Positions 51,581-61,586 of a stretch of DNA of 64,000 bases are shown piece by piece. Below the pieces are notes generated by a model. That model was not told the DNA's origin. It was given only the letters and a program-made list of their open reading frames with translations, and did no database searches. Origin of the DNA: Patescibacteria group bacterium (GTDB lineage: Bacteria > Patescibacteriota > Patescibacteriia > PEXW01); contig JBBTVB010000004.1 of NCBI GenBank assembly GCA_038063455.1, positions 75 to 64,074 on the forward strand, read 5' to 3'. Made by a program: the position numbers and the translations under genes. The first letter of the stretch is position 1. Each line of letters opens with the position of its first letter.

Positions 51581-52312
51581 ATGGATCCAAACCAACGCAT
51601 TATTGTTGCTGTGGATACAGATTCAATTACCGAAGCTAAAGGCATTGTTGCAGACCTTGCGCCATTTGTCGGTGGTTTCAAAATTGGGCTCCAGTTTATC
51701 TACGCTATGCTCGTCAAAGCAGCAAGCGGAGAAAAAGTAGCTGGCTTAGATGAACTTTTTGCCCTCACGCAGGGAAAACTGTTCATCGATGGGAAGCTAA
51801 ACGATATCCCAAATACCGTTGCCGGAGCAGCGAAAGCCATTGCTTCTCTCAACCCATTTGCTTTTAACATTCATGCTTCATCCGGACTGCAAGCAATGCA
51901 GGCTGCAGCACAAAATAAAGGCAATGCATTTCTCTGGGCGGTTACCGTCCTTACCTCACTTGGTGAAGATGACTGCAATGTAATTTTCGGAGCCTCTCCC
52001 AAAGAGAAGGTTCTCGAGCTTGCGCGTCTTGCTAAAACTGCCGGCGCAGATGGAATCATCTGTAGCCCACAGGAACTCGAAATTTTGGTGGGCGACTCTG
52101 AGCTCGAAGCGATGGAATTTATCACTCCTGGTATTCGACCTCTTTGGTCGGTAACAGGTGATCAGCAACGCATAATGACGCCAGCCAAAGCTATTGAAGT
52201 TGGCGCAACTCGTATGGTGATCGGCCGGCCTATTACGAACCCTGAGGGAATTTCAAGAGTTGATGCCGTTAAACGCATCCTCAAAGAAATCGAGAGTGTG
52301 GGTACGGCATGA
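51581..52312 (+). CDS. pyrF: Orotidine 5'-phosphate decarboxylase
   Basis: IIVAVD...GGFKIG...DGKLNDIPNTV...VIGRPI motifs. Confidence 0.9.
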   Translation: MDPNQRIIVAVDTDSITEAKGIVADLAPFVGGFKIGLQFIYAMLVKAASGEKVAGLDELFALTQGKLFIDGKLNDIPNTVAGAAKAIASLNPFAFNIHASSGLQAMQAAAQNKGNAFLWAVTVLTSLGEDDCNVIFGASPKEKVLELARLAKTAGADGIICSPQELEILVGDSELEAMEFITPGIRPLWSVTGDQQRIMTPAKAIEVGATRMVIGRPITNPEGISRVDAVKRILKEIESVGTA

Positions 52313-53037
52313 ACAAACCGAGGATCCAACTAATCCAAGATGAAGCTCCTTTAGACGCTCTTCAAAGATGTGGCGGATTCTACCAAAGCAGATATGAGAA
52401 GGGGATTAGAAAAGGGCTTCTTGTCGGCTATGCAGGCGAGTACGAACCCGGCATGCATTATGTCGGTGAAGTATACGCTAACTTCGCCAAAGCAGAGAGC
52501 TTTCCGAGAGTCTTAGAGAGTTTCTGCAGCAAGGTGAATAGCCAGATCCCTACGAGTCTCTTAGACGAAGTAGATGGTTTCTGTGGCGCACCTTTAGGAG
52601 GGTTAGCGACCGCCTACCAGCTTGCCCTGCTTGGCAACCGCCGATACTCATATCCGGAAAAAAAGGTGACGAAAGCCGCAGCCGGTGGGCAGCGTGAAGA
52701 GTCTGTCCTGATATTCGGACGCCATGAAATTGAAGTTGGTGACGACATCATTATTGTGGAAGACGTGGTTAACAACTTCACAACCACAGAAGATCTCATC
52801 GCCCTCATCAAAAAAGCTGGCGGAAGAGTAAGGGCGATTGTTGCCCTCTTAAACCGCTCAGCAGACGTTGATGATCTTTATCATTCTACTGTAGGTGGCG
52901 CTATTCCAGTCATCAGCTTGGAACGCAAAAAGATCATGCAGTATAAACAAGATGATCCTTATGTGGCTCATGATGTTGCGGCCGGGAACATCATTTGGAA
53001 ACCGAAAAGCGATTGGGATCGCTTGATAGCATCCTAA
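52309..53037 (+). CDS. Phosphoribosyltransferase (OPRT-like)
   Basis: PRPP motif IIIVEDVVNNFTTTEDL. Positioned between pyrF and pyrD. Same family architecture as 9044-9697. Confidence 0.7.
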   Translation: MNKPRIQLIQDEAPLDALQRCGGFYQSRYEKGIRKGLLVGYAGEYEPGMHYVGEVYANFAKAESFPRVLESFCSKVNSQIPTSLLDEVDGFCGAPLGGLATAYQLALLGNRRYSYPEKKVTKAAAGGQREESVLIFGRHEIEVGDDIIIVEDVVNNFTTTEDLIALIKKAGGRVRAIVALLNRSADVDDLYHSTVGGAIPVISLERKKIMQYKQDDPYVAHDVAAGNIIWKPKSDWDRLIAS

Positions 53038-53179
53038 ACACAATTCGAAATTTCTCTTTCTGAAAAAAATAAACGCTTCGACGAACTTCGGTTTGACGGG
53101 GCGTTTTTTATTTTACAAAACGCCGATCCTGCTGTAGGATTCCTGAAAATAATGAACATTCCAAACATGAGGTGTAAAT

Positions 53180-54097
53180 ATGGATACGTCAGCTCAAATT
53201 GCAGGCATCAGACTGCAAAACGCCATCTTGAATGCAGCCGGAACGTGCAAAACCTTAGTGGGTAAAGAGGGGCTAGAATACTTTTGCCAATCCGAAGCGG
53301 GCGCTATTATGGTCGGCTCAGCAACGTATGAACCCCGGTCGGGAAACAGCGGCAATACGTACTACACAGGCGACGGGTATTCGCTCAATGCTATAGGCCT
53401 AACCAACCCCGGCATGGATGCGTATGTCAAAATGCTGCCTGATATGCTCTCTATCTGCCAGGATGCGAACAAGCCATTGTTTTTCAGCGTCGCAGGGTTT
53501 TCTCCCGAAGAGTACGCGAGTATGGTGTACCGCGCCCTGCAATGCGGAGTGCTTTTGGTTGAGCTCAATCTAGGCTGTCCGAATGTCTACCAAGCAAAAA
53601 AACAGAAGCGGATTGCGAGCTTTGACCTGCTGATAATCCAGGCAATACTCGCTAAAGTGAGAGACAAGGTTGGCGACGATGCTCCAATTGCAGTGAAGCT
53701 TTCGCCGTATAGTGATCCACGGTTACTAGAGACGGTTACTGAACTCATCGTCCAGTATAAAATGGTGAAAGCATTGACGCTATGCAACACTTTTCCAAAT
53801 GGGTTTGCTTTCAACGAGAATAATGAACAGAGCATTTCACATCTTGCCGGGCTTGCAGGGATGGGTGGAAAATCCTTAAAACCCATCTCACTGGGCCAGA
53901 TTATCCAGGTGAAAGAACTAGCTGAGGCGCATGGACTCCAGATTATGGGTGTTGGCGGCGTCTCTAGCGGACAGGATATGGAGGACTACCTTCGGGCCGG
54001 CGCCGCGTGTGTGCAAGTTGCCACTGCATGCATAGAACGCGGACCCAAAGTTTTCGTTGATATTATGTCTGAGTATGTGGATACTAGTAACGCTTGA
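53180..54097 (+). CDS. pyrD: Dihydroorotate dehydrogenase, class 1-like
   Basis: LQNAILNAAG, GAIMVGS, ELNLGCPN and GVGGVSSG motifs. No N-terminal membrane segment. Confidence 0.85.
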   Translation: MDTSAQIAGIRLQNAILNAAGTCKTLVGKEGLEYFCQSEAGAIMVGSATYEPRSGNSGNTYYTGDGYSLNAIGLTNPGMDAYVKMLPDMLSICQDANKPLFFSVAGFSPEEYASMVYRALQCGVLLVELNLGCPNVYQAKKQKRIASFDLLIIQAILAKVRDKVGDDAPIAVKLSPYSDPRLLETVTELIVQYKMVKALTLCNTFPNGFAFNENNEQSISHLAGLAGMGGKSLKPISLGQIIQVKELAEAHGLQIMGVGGVSSGQDMEDYLRAGAACVQVATACIERGPKVFVDIMSEYVDTSNA

Positions 54098-54230
54098 ACT
54101 ACGGTTACGAAAAATCGAAACTTCAAAAGCCCCATCAGTATGATGTGGGCTTTTGTATTTACTCGTAAATTACAGATATAAAAAGTCCGGCTAACCATGT
54201 GGTCAGCCGGATTGAAGGTGCTGTTAAATG

Positions 54231-55610
54231 TTACGCTTTGCTTGCCGCAACATCTGCTCTGCCGATTGGATCGGCAATGCCAAGTTTTTGTGCTACCCAC
54301 GGGGTGAGCGCGGGTTGCAGAATGAGTGTGGCCAGAATGCACCACATGCCAATGGGTAACACGGGTTCCAGCCCCGGAATGTTCTTGCTTACCACTGTAA
54401 CCAAGAGCACGGCTGGGATGGCGCCGGTTTCCCGAATCCAGCTCAAGAAGCGGACTTGATTCCAGGTCATGCGGTTTTTGCCAAAGAGCACAAATGGCGA
54501 TAGCATAAGGTGCGCCATCAACGGCCGAAGCACGAAGATAAACACCAGCGCAATGAGTACGCCATGTACAGCATAGGTCTGGAGGTCAGCCAAGTTGACC
54601 ATTGCACCAAGCAGTACGAAAATGATTGGCTTGGCAAAACCATCAATGAAGTTTTCGCCATAGTGTTCCACATCACCTTCGCGTTCATGGGATACATGGA
54701 AGAGCAATCCTGCAACAAATGCTGCTAGGTAACCACTGCCGCCAAAAACCGCGGCAACAAAGAAGCTGCCAAGCGGAACAGTGAGCAAGGCCATGCCGCG
54801 CGCGCCTTTCGAAAGCTCTTTACGTGCTTGCGCAACGCTGTAGAGCTGGAGCAAGCCCCAACCCGCAACGCCAACGATTGTGCCAATGGCCAGTTGCTTC
54901 AGCAGAAACGTGCCGCTATCCGCAGAAAACAAGGTGGCAAAACCCTGACCAATACTGGTAAAGTTTCCACTCGCTTCAACTGCACCGAGAAAGGTGAAGA
55001 AGAGCAGTGCACCTACAACGTCATTGACCGCGCTTTCCGAAACCGCAATGTCTTTGGAATCCGTGTTTCGAAACTTTAGCGTTTTGAACAACGGGATAAC
55101 CGCGGCAGGGTCGGTTGAGGCCAAGATTGCACCGAGCAGCACCACGGTGGTGAAGCTCAGGGTTGCGCCGCCAATTTGGTAGGCTGCCCACGCTAAGCCA
55201 AACGCGGTAATAAGCACGCCGGGAAACGCCAGCATGAAAATTTTCGGAAATAGTCGCCGAAAATTGTGTAACGGCGTTTCCAAACCGCCCTGAAACAGGA
55301 TAAGCATGGCGAGTAAGGTAACAATACCTTCCAACACAATCCCGTTCGCAACAATACCCTCGAGCAGCGGCTTGCACGCTTGCCCAATGAAGACCGCTAA
55401 CACAAATGACGGTAACGGACGTCGCTCGGCCAAATACGTGCTTGCAAAGCTGGCGAAGGTAAACACCACAAACGGGAGCAAAAACTCCAGCAAGTGGCTG
55501 TAGGGGCTATGCTCGATTTGCTCAAGCAGGGACTCCGCGCCTAAGCTGGTAACCAGCCAAATAATAGCAACCCCGAAAAACATCTTTCCCAGTGAGAGAG
55601 CATGCGTCAT
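54231..55610 (-). CDS. Cation:proton antiporter (CPA1/NhaP-like)
   Basis: About 12 TM segments. ...LGAILASTDPAAV... is the typical exchanger motif. Confidence 0.85.
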   Translation of the reverse strand: MTHALSLGKMFFGVAIIWLVTSLGAESLLEQIEHSPYSHLLEFLLPFVVFTFASFASTYLAERRPLPSFVLAVFIGQACKPLLEGIVANGIVLEGIVTLLAMLILFQGGLETPLHNFRRLFPKIFMLAFPGVLITAFGLAWAAYQIGGATLSFTTVVLLGAILASTDPAAVIPLFKTLKFRNTDSKDIAVSESAVNDVVGALLFFTFLGAVEASGNFTSIGQGFATLFSADSGTFLLKQLAIGTIVGVAGWGLLQLYSVAQARKELSKGARGMALLTVPLGSFFVAAVFGGSGYLAAFVAGLLFHVSHEREGDVEHYGENFIDGFAKPIIFVLLGAMVNLADLQTYAVHGVLIALVFIFVLRPLMAHLMLSPFVLFGKNRMTWNQVRFLSWIRETGAIPAVLLVTVVSKNIPGLEPVLPIGMWCILATLILQPALTPWVAQKLGIADPIGRADVAASKA

Positions 55611-55695
55611 GCAGTTTTTCCTTCCTTAGTTAACAATCTACGGAAAGTACAGTGTAGAATATCTAGGCTTTTCCGTAAAGCTAGGTCGGTCACTC

Positions 55696-55902
55696 TCACC
55701 GGACCAGTTCGCCATTTGCATTGTGCAAGGTAACGGTAATTTCGACGTGCTCTTTTGGAAGCTCGGTCTTCAACTTGGCAGGCGCAGCGAGAATCTGGTT
55801 GGCGATGTTTTCGGGCACCTCGACTTTAAATGTCATGGTGCCTGTAGGGATTTTTTCCATGCCTGCGTGCACTTTTGTGGTAACGGAAATTGCGACGTAC
55901 AT
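55696..55902 (-). CDS. Hypothetical small protein (68 aa)
   Basis: AAGGA SD upstream. No motif recognised. Confidence 0.45.
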   Translation of the reverse strand: MYVAISVTTKVHAGMEKIPTGTMTFKVEVPENIANQILAAPAKLKTELPKEHVEITVTLHNANGELVR

Positions 55903-56179
55903 AACGCTTTCCTTTCTGTATGTTCAGTTTTCAAGGTTCAGTTGGTGGCAAAGCAGGAAGCTTTGACCGTCGAATATAGCAAACTACTGCTAAAGAGTCA
56001 ATACGAGTTTGTGAGCGCGCAATCTCTTTTGCGTTCATTACGCAGGGCGTATTTTCGCACATAATTCGCTGAACGTTTGACAAAAAGTCTCAATATCATA
56101 ATACTGTTGCTGATTACGCTACAGCCTAGAAATACTAGGTACGTAAGCAATCAAAACATCAACCCATAAGGGAGCCCAT

Positions 56180-56251
56180 ATGGACCCCAACGAAAATCCA
56201 TGCCCATGTGGAGATCCAAGTTGTGAAGGACCCGGCGGAGGCGATCGATAG
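56180..56251 (+). CDS. 23-aa Cys-rich peptide MDPNENPCPCGDPSCEGPGGGDR
   Basis: Own promoter TTGACA-N17-AATACT (56077-56105). AAGGGAG lies 5 nt before the ATG. Own terminator GAGCCC..GGGCTC plus T6 (56276-56310). Confidence 0.4.
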   Translation: MDPNENPCPCGDPSCEGPGGGDR

Positions 56252-56415
56252 ATCACCGCTTGTCCTAGACACTTTGAGCCCAATCAATCTTTTGAAAGGG
56301 CTCTTTTTTATTCCAAAGACCATCGCTCAATATACTGCGTTGACTCGGGTACTATTCTGCGGCCTATTGCTCTACGGCTCTATGGCTTACGGCTCCCCCA
56401 CTGTATACTCCCCCC

Positions 56416-57114
56416 ATGCCCACGCCCTACACGGTGCTTATTGATGACGCAGAATGGCAAGCGCTCGTCGCCGAGCTGGCGAACATGTCGCGCAGCCGAC
56501 GCTGGCACGACTTCGTCTGGCACGCCTCGCGCCTGGCGATTATTGACCCCGAACGCTACGTGCGAGTGAGCATCACCGACGCGGACTGGGATGCGGCCAT
56601 GGACGAACTCTCACGCTTCGAAGCCGCCAGTGACTGGCAGGCCGTGGCTGCGCGCCTCTCCCGCCTCAAGCAAATGGACCCGGCCCGCGGTGCCATATTG
56701 GTAGTGCCCGAAGATTTGTGGGCGGCCATGCTTGCCGAACTGGAAAATCTTCGCACGAAAGGGGATTGGGCCGCCTTCATTTCCCATGCCCACCACCTGC
56801 GCGGCGCCGATGCCGACCGTTTTCATCCGGCTATTCTCACGCCCGAAGATTGGGACAAGCTACTCGCCTTAATTCGAACCGAGGCCGTGGCAGGCAACTG
56901 GGAAATTGTGGCCAAACTCGCCAGCTCCATGGCCATGGCCGACCCAGCGCGGGCGGGCGAGACGCTGCACTTTAGCAACACCGACTGGAACAACCTTTCG
57001 GTGGCCCTCGAAGCGGCGCGGCAGCAAAGCCAGTGGGCGGCATTTGCGGCCCAGGCGTGTCGGCTCAAAACCCTGCTCGACGTGCGGCCGTCGTTGCTAC
57101 CTGTGGTGGCCTAA
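56416..57114 (+). CDS. Hypothetical protein built from five tandem ~45-aa Trp-containing helical repeats
   Basis: The pattern (D/E)(D/E).W..(L/M)..(L/E)L........W..(F/V)...(A/S)..L...DP.R occurs five times. Confidence 0.7.
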   Translation: MPTPYTVLIDDAEWQALVAELANMSRSRRWHDFVWHASRLAIIDPERYVRVSITDADWDAAMDELSRFEAASDWQAVAARLSRLKQMDPARGAILVVPEDLWAAMLAELENLRTKGDWAAFISHAHHLRGADADRFHPAILTPEDWDKLLALIRTEAVAGNWEIVAKLASSMAMADPARAGETLHFSNTDWNNLSVALEAARQQSQWAAFAAQACRLKTLLDVRPSLLPVVA

Positions 57115-57725
57115 ATTTTCGGCGCAGGCGGCTTTGGTTGTGCTGCCCCTTCCACCAAATCCCCATCCAGCTTGGCCATAGTGTTTGCGCCCAGTTGGCT
57201 TTCGATTTGCTCCAGCAAGTGCATCACGGTCTTGGCCACCGCTTCCGGGTCGGGAATGTGCTCGAAGGTAAATTTCGACTGCTCGGCCGCGGTTTGAATA
57301 ATCACGTTGCCGAACTTGAACATGTTGCCCAGCACGCCTTGCATCTCCCAGGTCACATCTTGCACGCGGTATAATTTTTGCTCGCTCACGATGCGGTGAA
57401 AGAGCTGGACTTGCTTGATGTTGATAATGCGCTCGTTGGTGACAATCCACACGTCCAAATAGTAGTTGAGCCACGACACGAAGAAGAGCAGGCCCCACAC
57501 CAAGAAGTAGCTGGCAAACAGCAGGACGAGCGCGGCGTACCCAGCGGTTGCAGGGTCGGCAATGGCATTGGTGTACGAACCCAGCAGCAGCCAGGCGGCG
57601 GCTGGGACAACACCGAGGAAGACGTACAAAAGGATGATACGCGCGGCAACAAAACCGTGGCGGTGGAGCAGGAGGACCACTTGCTCACCTGGCAGCATGT
57701 TGGGGAAGGTGGGTTTGAGTTTCAT
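57111..57725 (-). CDS. Membrane protein with bacterial PH (bPH_2/YdbT-like) domain
   Basis: Two TM segments, then YYLDVWIVTNERIINI......R.V....L..VQDV......G.LGN...FGNV is the bPH pattern. Confidence 0.75.
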   Translation of the reverse strand: MKLKPTFPNMLPGEQVVLLLHRHGFVAARIILLYVFLGVVPAAAWLLLGSYTNAIADPATAGYAALVLLFASYFLVWGLLFFVSWLNYYLDVWIVTNERIINIKQVQLFHRIVSEQKLYRVQDVTWEMQGVLGNMFKFGNVIIQTAAEQSKFTFEHIPDPEAVAKTVMHLLEQIESQLGANTMAKLDGDLVEGAAQPKPPAPKI

Positions 57726-58024
57726 GGCTGGAAGGTATTGGTCACGCCCTTCAGGTCGGGCAATGCGGGCAGGGCAATGTCTGGCGTGCCAATTTCCAAA
57801 CTAGTAGACCAATCAACCGCCGAAAGGCCGGTAATGGTGGTAAGGAGTATGACGACGGCAAAAAGTATGTAGGCAAACGACGAAATGACCGCCGGCCGGC
57901 TAAGAAAGCCAAACCGGAGCATCTTGGTAATGGCGACAATGCTAAAAACCAGCCACACCAAAAGAAGCAGGGCGAAAGGGATGAGCAGGAGCCAGAGGGG
58001 CAGGGACATAGATCTAGTATACAA
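57722..58024 (-). CDS. Small 2-3 TM membrane protein (start may be ATG 58009)
   Basis: Hydrophobic. Its stop overlaps the downstream start (ATGA). Confidence 0.5.
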   Translation of the reverse strand: MYTRSMSLPLWLLLIPFALLLLVWLVFSIVAITKMLRFGFLSRPAVISSFAYILFAVVILLTTITGLSAVDWSTSLEIGTPDIALPALPDLKGVTNTFQP

Positions 58025-58137
58025 CCTTGTAGGTACACGTCGCGCCTTGACGTTAAACCCCCGAGGGTTTAGGGTAATCAGCTAAGATCATAAGAATCTG
58101 CAACTAAAAATAGCTCATAACAGATCGGAGTTGAACA

Positions 58138-58380
58138 ATGGATGACAGAAGTTTTGACAAAGTGATGCTCTTTTTCGTTTCATTGGTAGTGGGAGCAGCA
58201 ACCGGGATATTACTACACAATGGATGGCTACAGATCAGTGTCGCGCTTGTGATCATTTTTTTGGTAGGGCTACTTATAAGCAACTACCTCTACCACGGCA
58301 CAGCTGAAAGGATTGTGGGATGTGTCCTCTACCTCATCCCAGCAGCAATTATGTATGCGGTCTTAGCTTGCAACTTTTGA
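58138..58380 (+). CDS. Small 2-3 TM membrane protein
   Basis: GGAG SD. Terminator GCCCCTTggaaatctttccGAGGGGC plus T-run lies downstream. Confidence 0.5.
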   Translation: MDDRSFDKVMLFFVSLVVGAATGILLHNGWLQISVALVIIFLVGLLISNYLYHGTAERIVGCVLYLIPAAIMYAVLACNF

Positions 58381-58453
58381 ACACGCTGCAACGTGCCCCT
58401 TGGAAATCTTTCCGAGGGGCTTTTTCATACTGGAAAAAACGCGCTGTCACAGG

Positions 58454-59482
58454 CTACACCAACCGTTGCTGTAAATCTGCCGGGGCTTCACGCTGCAAGT
58501 GCTGGTAGGCTACTGGCGTGGCGACGCGGCCACGGGGCGTGCGCACCAGCAAACCAATTTGCAAAAGGAAAGGTTCAACCACGTCTTCCAAGGTCCGCAC
58601 ATCTTCGCCCGTGGTTGCAGCCAATGTTGAGAGGCCAACCGGCCCACCGTTGAACTGGTCCAGAATCGTAATAAGCACCCGGCGGTCGGTTTGGTCCAAA
58701 CCGAGCTGATCTACACCAAGCTGGGTAAGCGCGGCTTCGGCATTGGTCACGTCAATTTTCCCGTTGGCGCGTACCTGTGCAAAATCTCGCACGCGCTTGA
58801 GAATGCGATTGGCTACGCGTGGCGTGCGGCGGGAACGGGTGGAGAGCAGTTGGCGCGCGTCGGGGTCGAGTTGAATGTTGAGGAGTTTGGCCGAACGTTC
58901 CAGAATCGCATTGATATCCGGCTCGCTATAAAAGTCTAGGTGGTACGTAAGTCCAAACCGGTCTCGCAGGGGTGAGGAAAGGAGTGCAAGCCGCGTTGTG
59001 GCGCCGATGATGGTGCACTTGGGCAGATCCAGCCGCAGCGTGCGGGCGGCCGGGCCTTTGCCGACGATAAGATCAATGGCGTATTCCTCCATGGCCGGGT
59101 AGAGCATTTCTTCCACAGCGCGGGGCAGGCGGTGGATTTCGTCGATGAACAACACGTCACCTTCACCAAGGTTCGTGAGGATGGCGGCAACGTCGGCCGC
59201 GCGCTCCAGGGCCGGCCCGCTGGTGACGCGCACCGTCACACCCAGCTCATTGCCAATAACGTGCGCCAGGGTGGTCTTGCCTAAACCCGGACTACCATGG
59301 AGCAGCACGTGCTCCAACGCTTCTTTGCGCTGCGTCGCCGCGTGGATGGCGATGAGAAGATTCTCTTTTACCTGCTGCTGGCCAACATAATCCGCCAACT
59401 TGGTTGGTCGCAGTGCAATATCAAAAGACTGCTCCTCGGGCTGCTCGGTTGGCGTGAGTATGGCGTCGGCCTCTTTAGGCAT
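58454..59482 (-). CDS. ruvB: Holliday junction helicase RuvB
   Basis: [37 protein letters not shown], the sensor regions and the winged-helix C-terminus. Confidence 0.95.
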   Translation of the reverse strand: MPKEADAILTPTEQPEEQSFDIALRPTKLADYVGQQQVKENLLIAIHAATQRKEALEHVLLHGSPGLGKTTLAHVIGNELGVTVRVTSGPALERAADVAAILTNLGEGDVLFIDEIHRLPRAVEEMLYPAMEEYAIDLIVGKGPAARTLRLDLPKCTIIGATTRLALLSSPLRDRFGLTYHLDFYSEPDINAILERSAKLLNIQLDPDARQLLSTRSRRTPRVANRILKRVRDFAQVRANGKIDVTNAEAALTQLGVDQLGLDQTDRRVLITILDQFNGGPVGLSTLAATTGEDVRTLEDVVEPFLLQIGLLVRTPRGRVATPVAYQHLQREAPADLQQRLV

Positions 59483-61010
59483 GGTGGCGGCGGGCTCGCC
59501 CGCTGCGCTTCGCGGCATCGCGTGGCGAGCGGGCGTAGGCAATGAGCAGGCGCGTCCCGGCGCCAGCCGAACCTTTGGCCAGGTGCTGGCCGTCGATGGT
59601 CGTCATGGTCGGGGCAATATCCACGTGCGCCCAGCGCTTGAACTTCTTGGCAAACTGCCACAGGAAGGCCGCCCCGGTTATAGCCCCGCCGTAGCGGCTT
59701 TTGCCGGTGTTGGAAACGTCACCAAACATGCCGCGGATTTCTGCCTCATACTCTGGCCACAACGGCAATGGCCAGCCAAAGTCACCCGACTGTTCGGCCA
59801 GGTTTTGCAACTCGCGAGAAAAATTGTCATCCGGTGAGAGAATAGCTGACGCGTGCTGACCCAGCGCGTGGAGCGCAGCGCCAGTTAGCGTTGCGACATC
59901 AATAACTGCGGCGGGTTTGAACTGCTCGGCATAGGTGAGTGCATCCGCCAAAATTATTCGGCCTTCGGCATCAGTGTCCATTACCTCAATGGTCTTCCCA
60001 GACAAACTCCGCAACTGGTCGCCGGGTCGGTAGGCATCGCCGGCAGAAACATTTTCCACGGCCGGAATCAAACCGATAACTCGCACGGGCAATTTCAACT
60101 GGGCAATGGCCGTGAGCGCACTAATCACTGCTGCGCCGCCCGACATGTCCATGTGCATCTCGTACATGCTCGCGCTGGGCTTTAGATTTAAGCCGCCGCT
60201 ATCAAACGTCACACCTTTACCAAGGTAAACAATCGGCGCGTCTTTTTTTTGTCCAACTGCGGCGTATTCCAGAACGGTAAAGGTTGGTGCATGCGTCGAG
60301 CCGCGCGCGACACCCAGCACGCCGCCCATCCCAAGTTTTTCTAGCGCGTCCTTTTTGAGAACGGTGACGCTAAAACCTGCGCGCTTGCCGGCGGCAACTG
60401 CGGCATTCGCCAAAATAGTTGGCGTCATGTCGCTGCCGGGGGTGTTGGATAAATCCCGGGCGCTATTGGTAGCTTGGCCAATAATGCTGCCGGCGCGCGC
60501 GCCGCGTTGCGCTGCCCGCACGTCTGCAGCTGGAACAACCAGGGCTATGCTCTTCACCTGCGGCCAGCCGCCCGGCGGTGTGGTGCGGTAGGTGGTGTAT
60601 TCGTAGTGCGCCAGCTGAAAGTTCTCTGCCGCTAGCTGTGCGCGGTGCTCCACAGTCCAATCGAGAATGGCTATATCAGGCAGCGCAACTGCTGCATGCT
60701 CCAGCCGGTGCTGCTTGGTAATGTTGACGACCTTGCGGCAGGCGAGCATGGCCTGGCGGTGGGTAAAGGCTTTGGGATCGCCCAAACCCAGCAGCACCAC
60801 GGCGCGCGCCGACGTGCCAAAGGGAATGACGCGGACTTCGTCGGCCTTGCCGGTGAACTCTTGTGCTTTCACAAAGGCCAGTACGGTCTGCTGCACCGCC
60901 GCCGGCAGCTTACGAAACCATGAGTGCTTGCGGACATCTGCACCCTGGGCAATGAGGAGAAAAATTGCCCTGGCCGAGGGGGCAGTTTGGGCCTGCACGG
61001 TAATTGTCAT
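59475..61010 (-). CDS. pepA: Leucyl aminopeptidase (M17)
   Basis: [21 protein letters not shown] and [14 protein letters not shown]-like motif ([14 protein letters not shown]). Confidence 0.93.
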   Translation of the reverse strand: MTITVQAQTAPSARAIFLLIAQGADVRKHSWFRKLPAAVQQTVLAFVKAQEFTGKADEVRVIPFGTSARAVVLLGLGDPKAFTHRQAMLACRKVVNITKQHRLEHAAVALPDIAILDWTVEHRAQLAAENFQLAHYEYTTYRTTPPGGWPQVKSIALVVPAADVRAAQRGARAGSIIGQATNSARDLSNTPGSDMTPTILANAAVAAGKRAGFSVTVLKKDALEKLGMGGVLGVARGSTHAPTFTVLEYAAVGQKKDAPIVYLGKGVTFDSGGLNLKPSASMYEMHMDMSGGAAVISALTAIAQLKLPVRVIGLIPAVENVSAGDAYRPGDQLRSLSGKTIEVMDTDAEGRIILADALTYAEQFKPAAVIDVATLTGAALHALGQHASAILSPDDNFSRELQNLAEQSGDFGWPLPLWPEYEAEIRGMFGDVSNTGKSRYGGAITGAAFLWQFAKKFKRWAHVDIAPTMTTIDGQHLAKGSAGAGTRLLIAYARSPRDAAKRSGRARRHHA

Positions 61011-61343
61011 GCGGGTAGCCTATCACTTCTGCGGCTTTATGACAAGTATTTTTGGCTTAGGTTAGCCAAAAAACAGTATTTTAAACACACTCCCTCTTGA
61101 CACAATGCAAACAGCTTGCTAAGGTTCGGGGTCAACTTGTCGCTCCTACAAAATTCCCTCCCAAAAAGTCTTGAAGGTATTTGGGGCCAACAACCTGCAG
61201 CCACGACAAGCATGGGGGTCGCATCAAGGTGAATGCGGAGTCTTCTCTACGTTACTCCTCGGTGCAACCTTCTTGGCTGCAGATTGTTGGTTCTATATAA
61301 CACACAACAAACCCTGGAGGTTCCTTTGACGTTTGGAGAGGTA

Positions 61344-61553
61344 ATGGAAAAAATTGGTGGCGGGATTACCACCGTCGCCGTAGCAGTATGGAATACCACG
61401 CAGCAAGCAGACCCTTATGTTTTCATAGTATTCCTGATCATAATGCTCATTATGATCACCAACGTTCACAACAAACTCGGCCGAAGTATTATTAGCTACG
61501 GCACAGTTGCCTTGAGCTTAGCAAAGGTAGTTGGCCACTACATCATACGCTAG
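61344..61553 (+). CDS. Small 2-TM membrane protein
   Basis: GGAGAGG SD and a downstream terminator (GACCCGACatcggaatGTTGGGTC plus T-run). Confidence 0.5.
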   Translation: MEKIGGGITTVAVAVWNTTQQADPYVFIVFLIIMLIMITNVHNKLGRSIISYGTVALSLAKVVGHYIIR

Positions 61554-61586
61554 CCCGGACCCGACATCGGAATGTTGGGTCTTTTC

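Noticed and set aside
56208-56444. 78-aa track ORF upstream of the five-repeat protein.
   Set aside because: It has no SD, it runs straight through a strong hairpin plus T6 terminator, and it overlaps the better-supported 23-aa micro-ORF unit.
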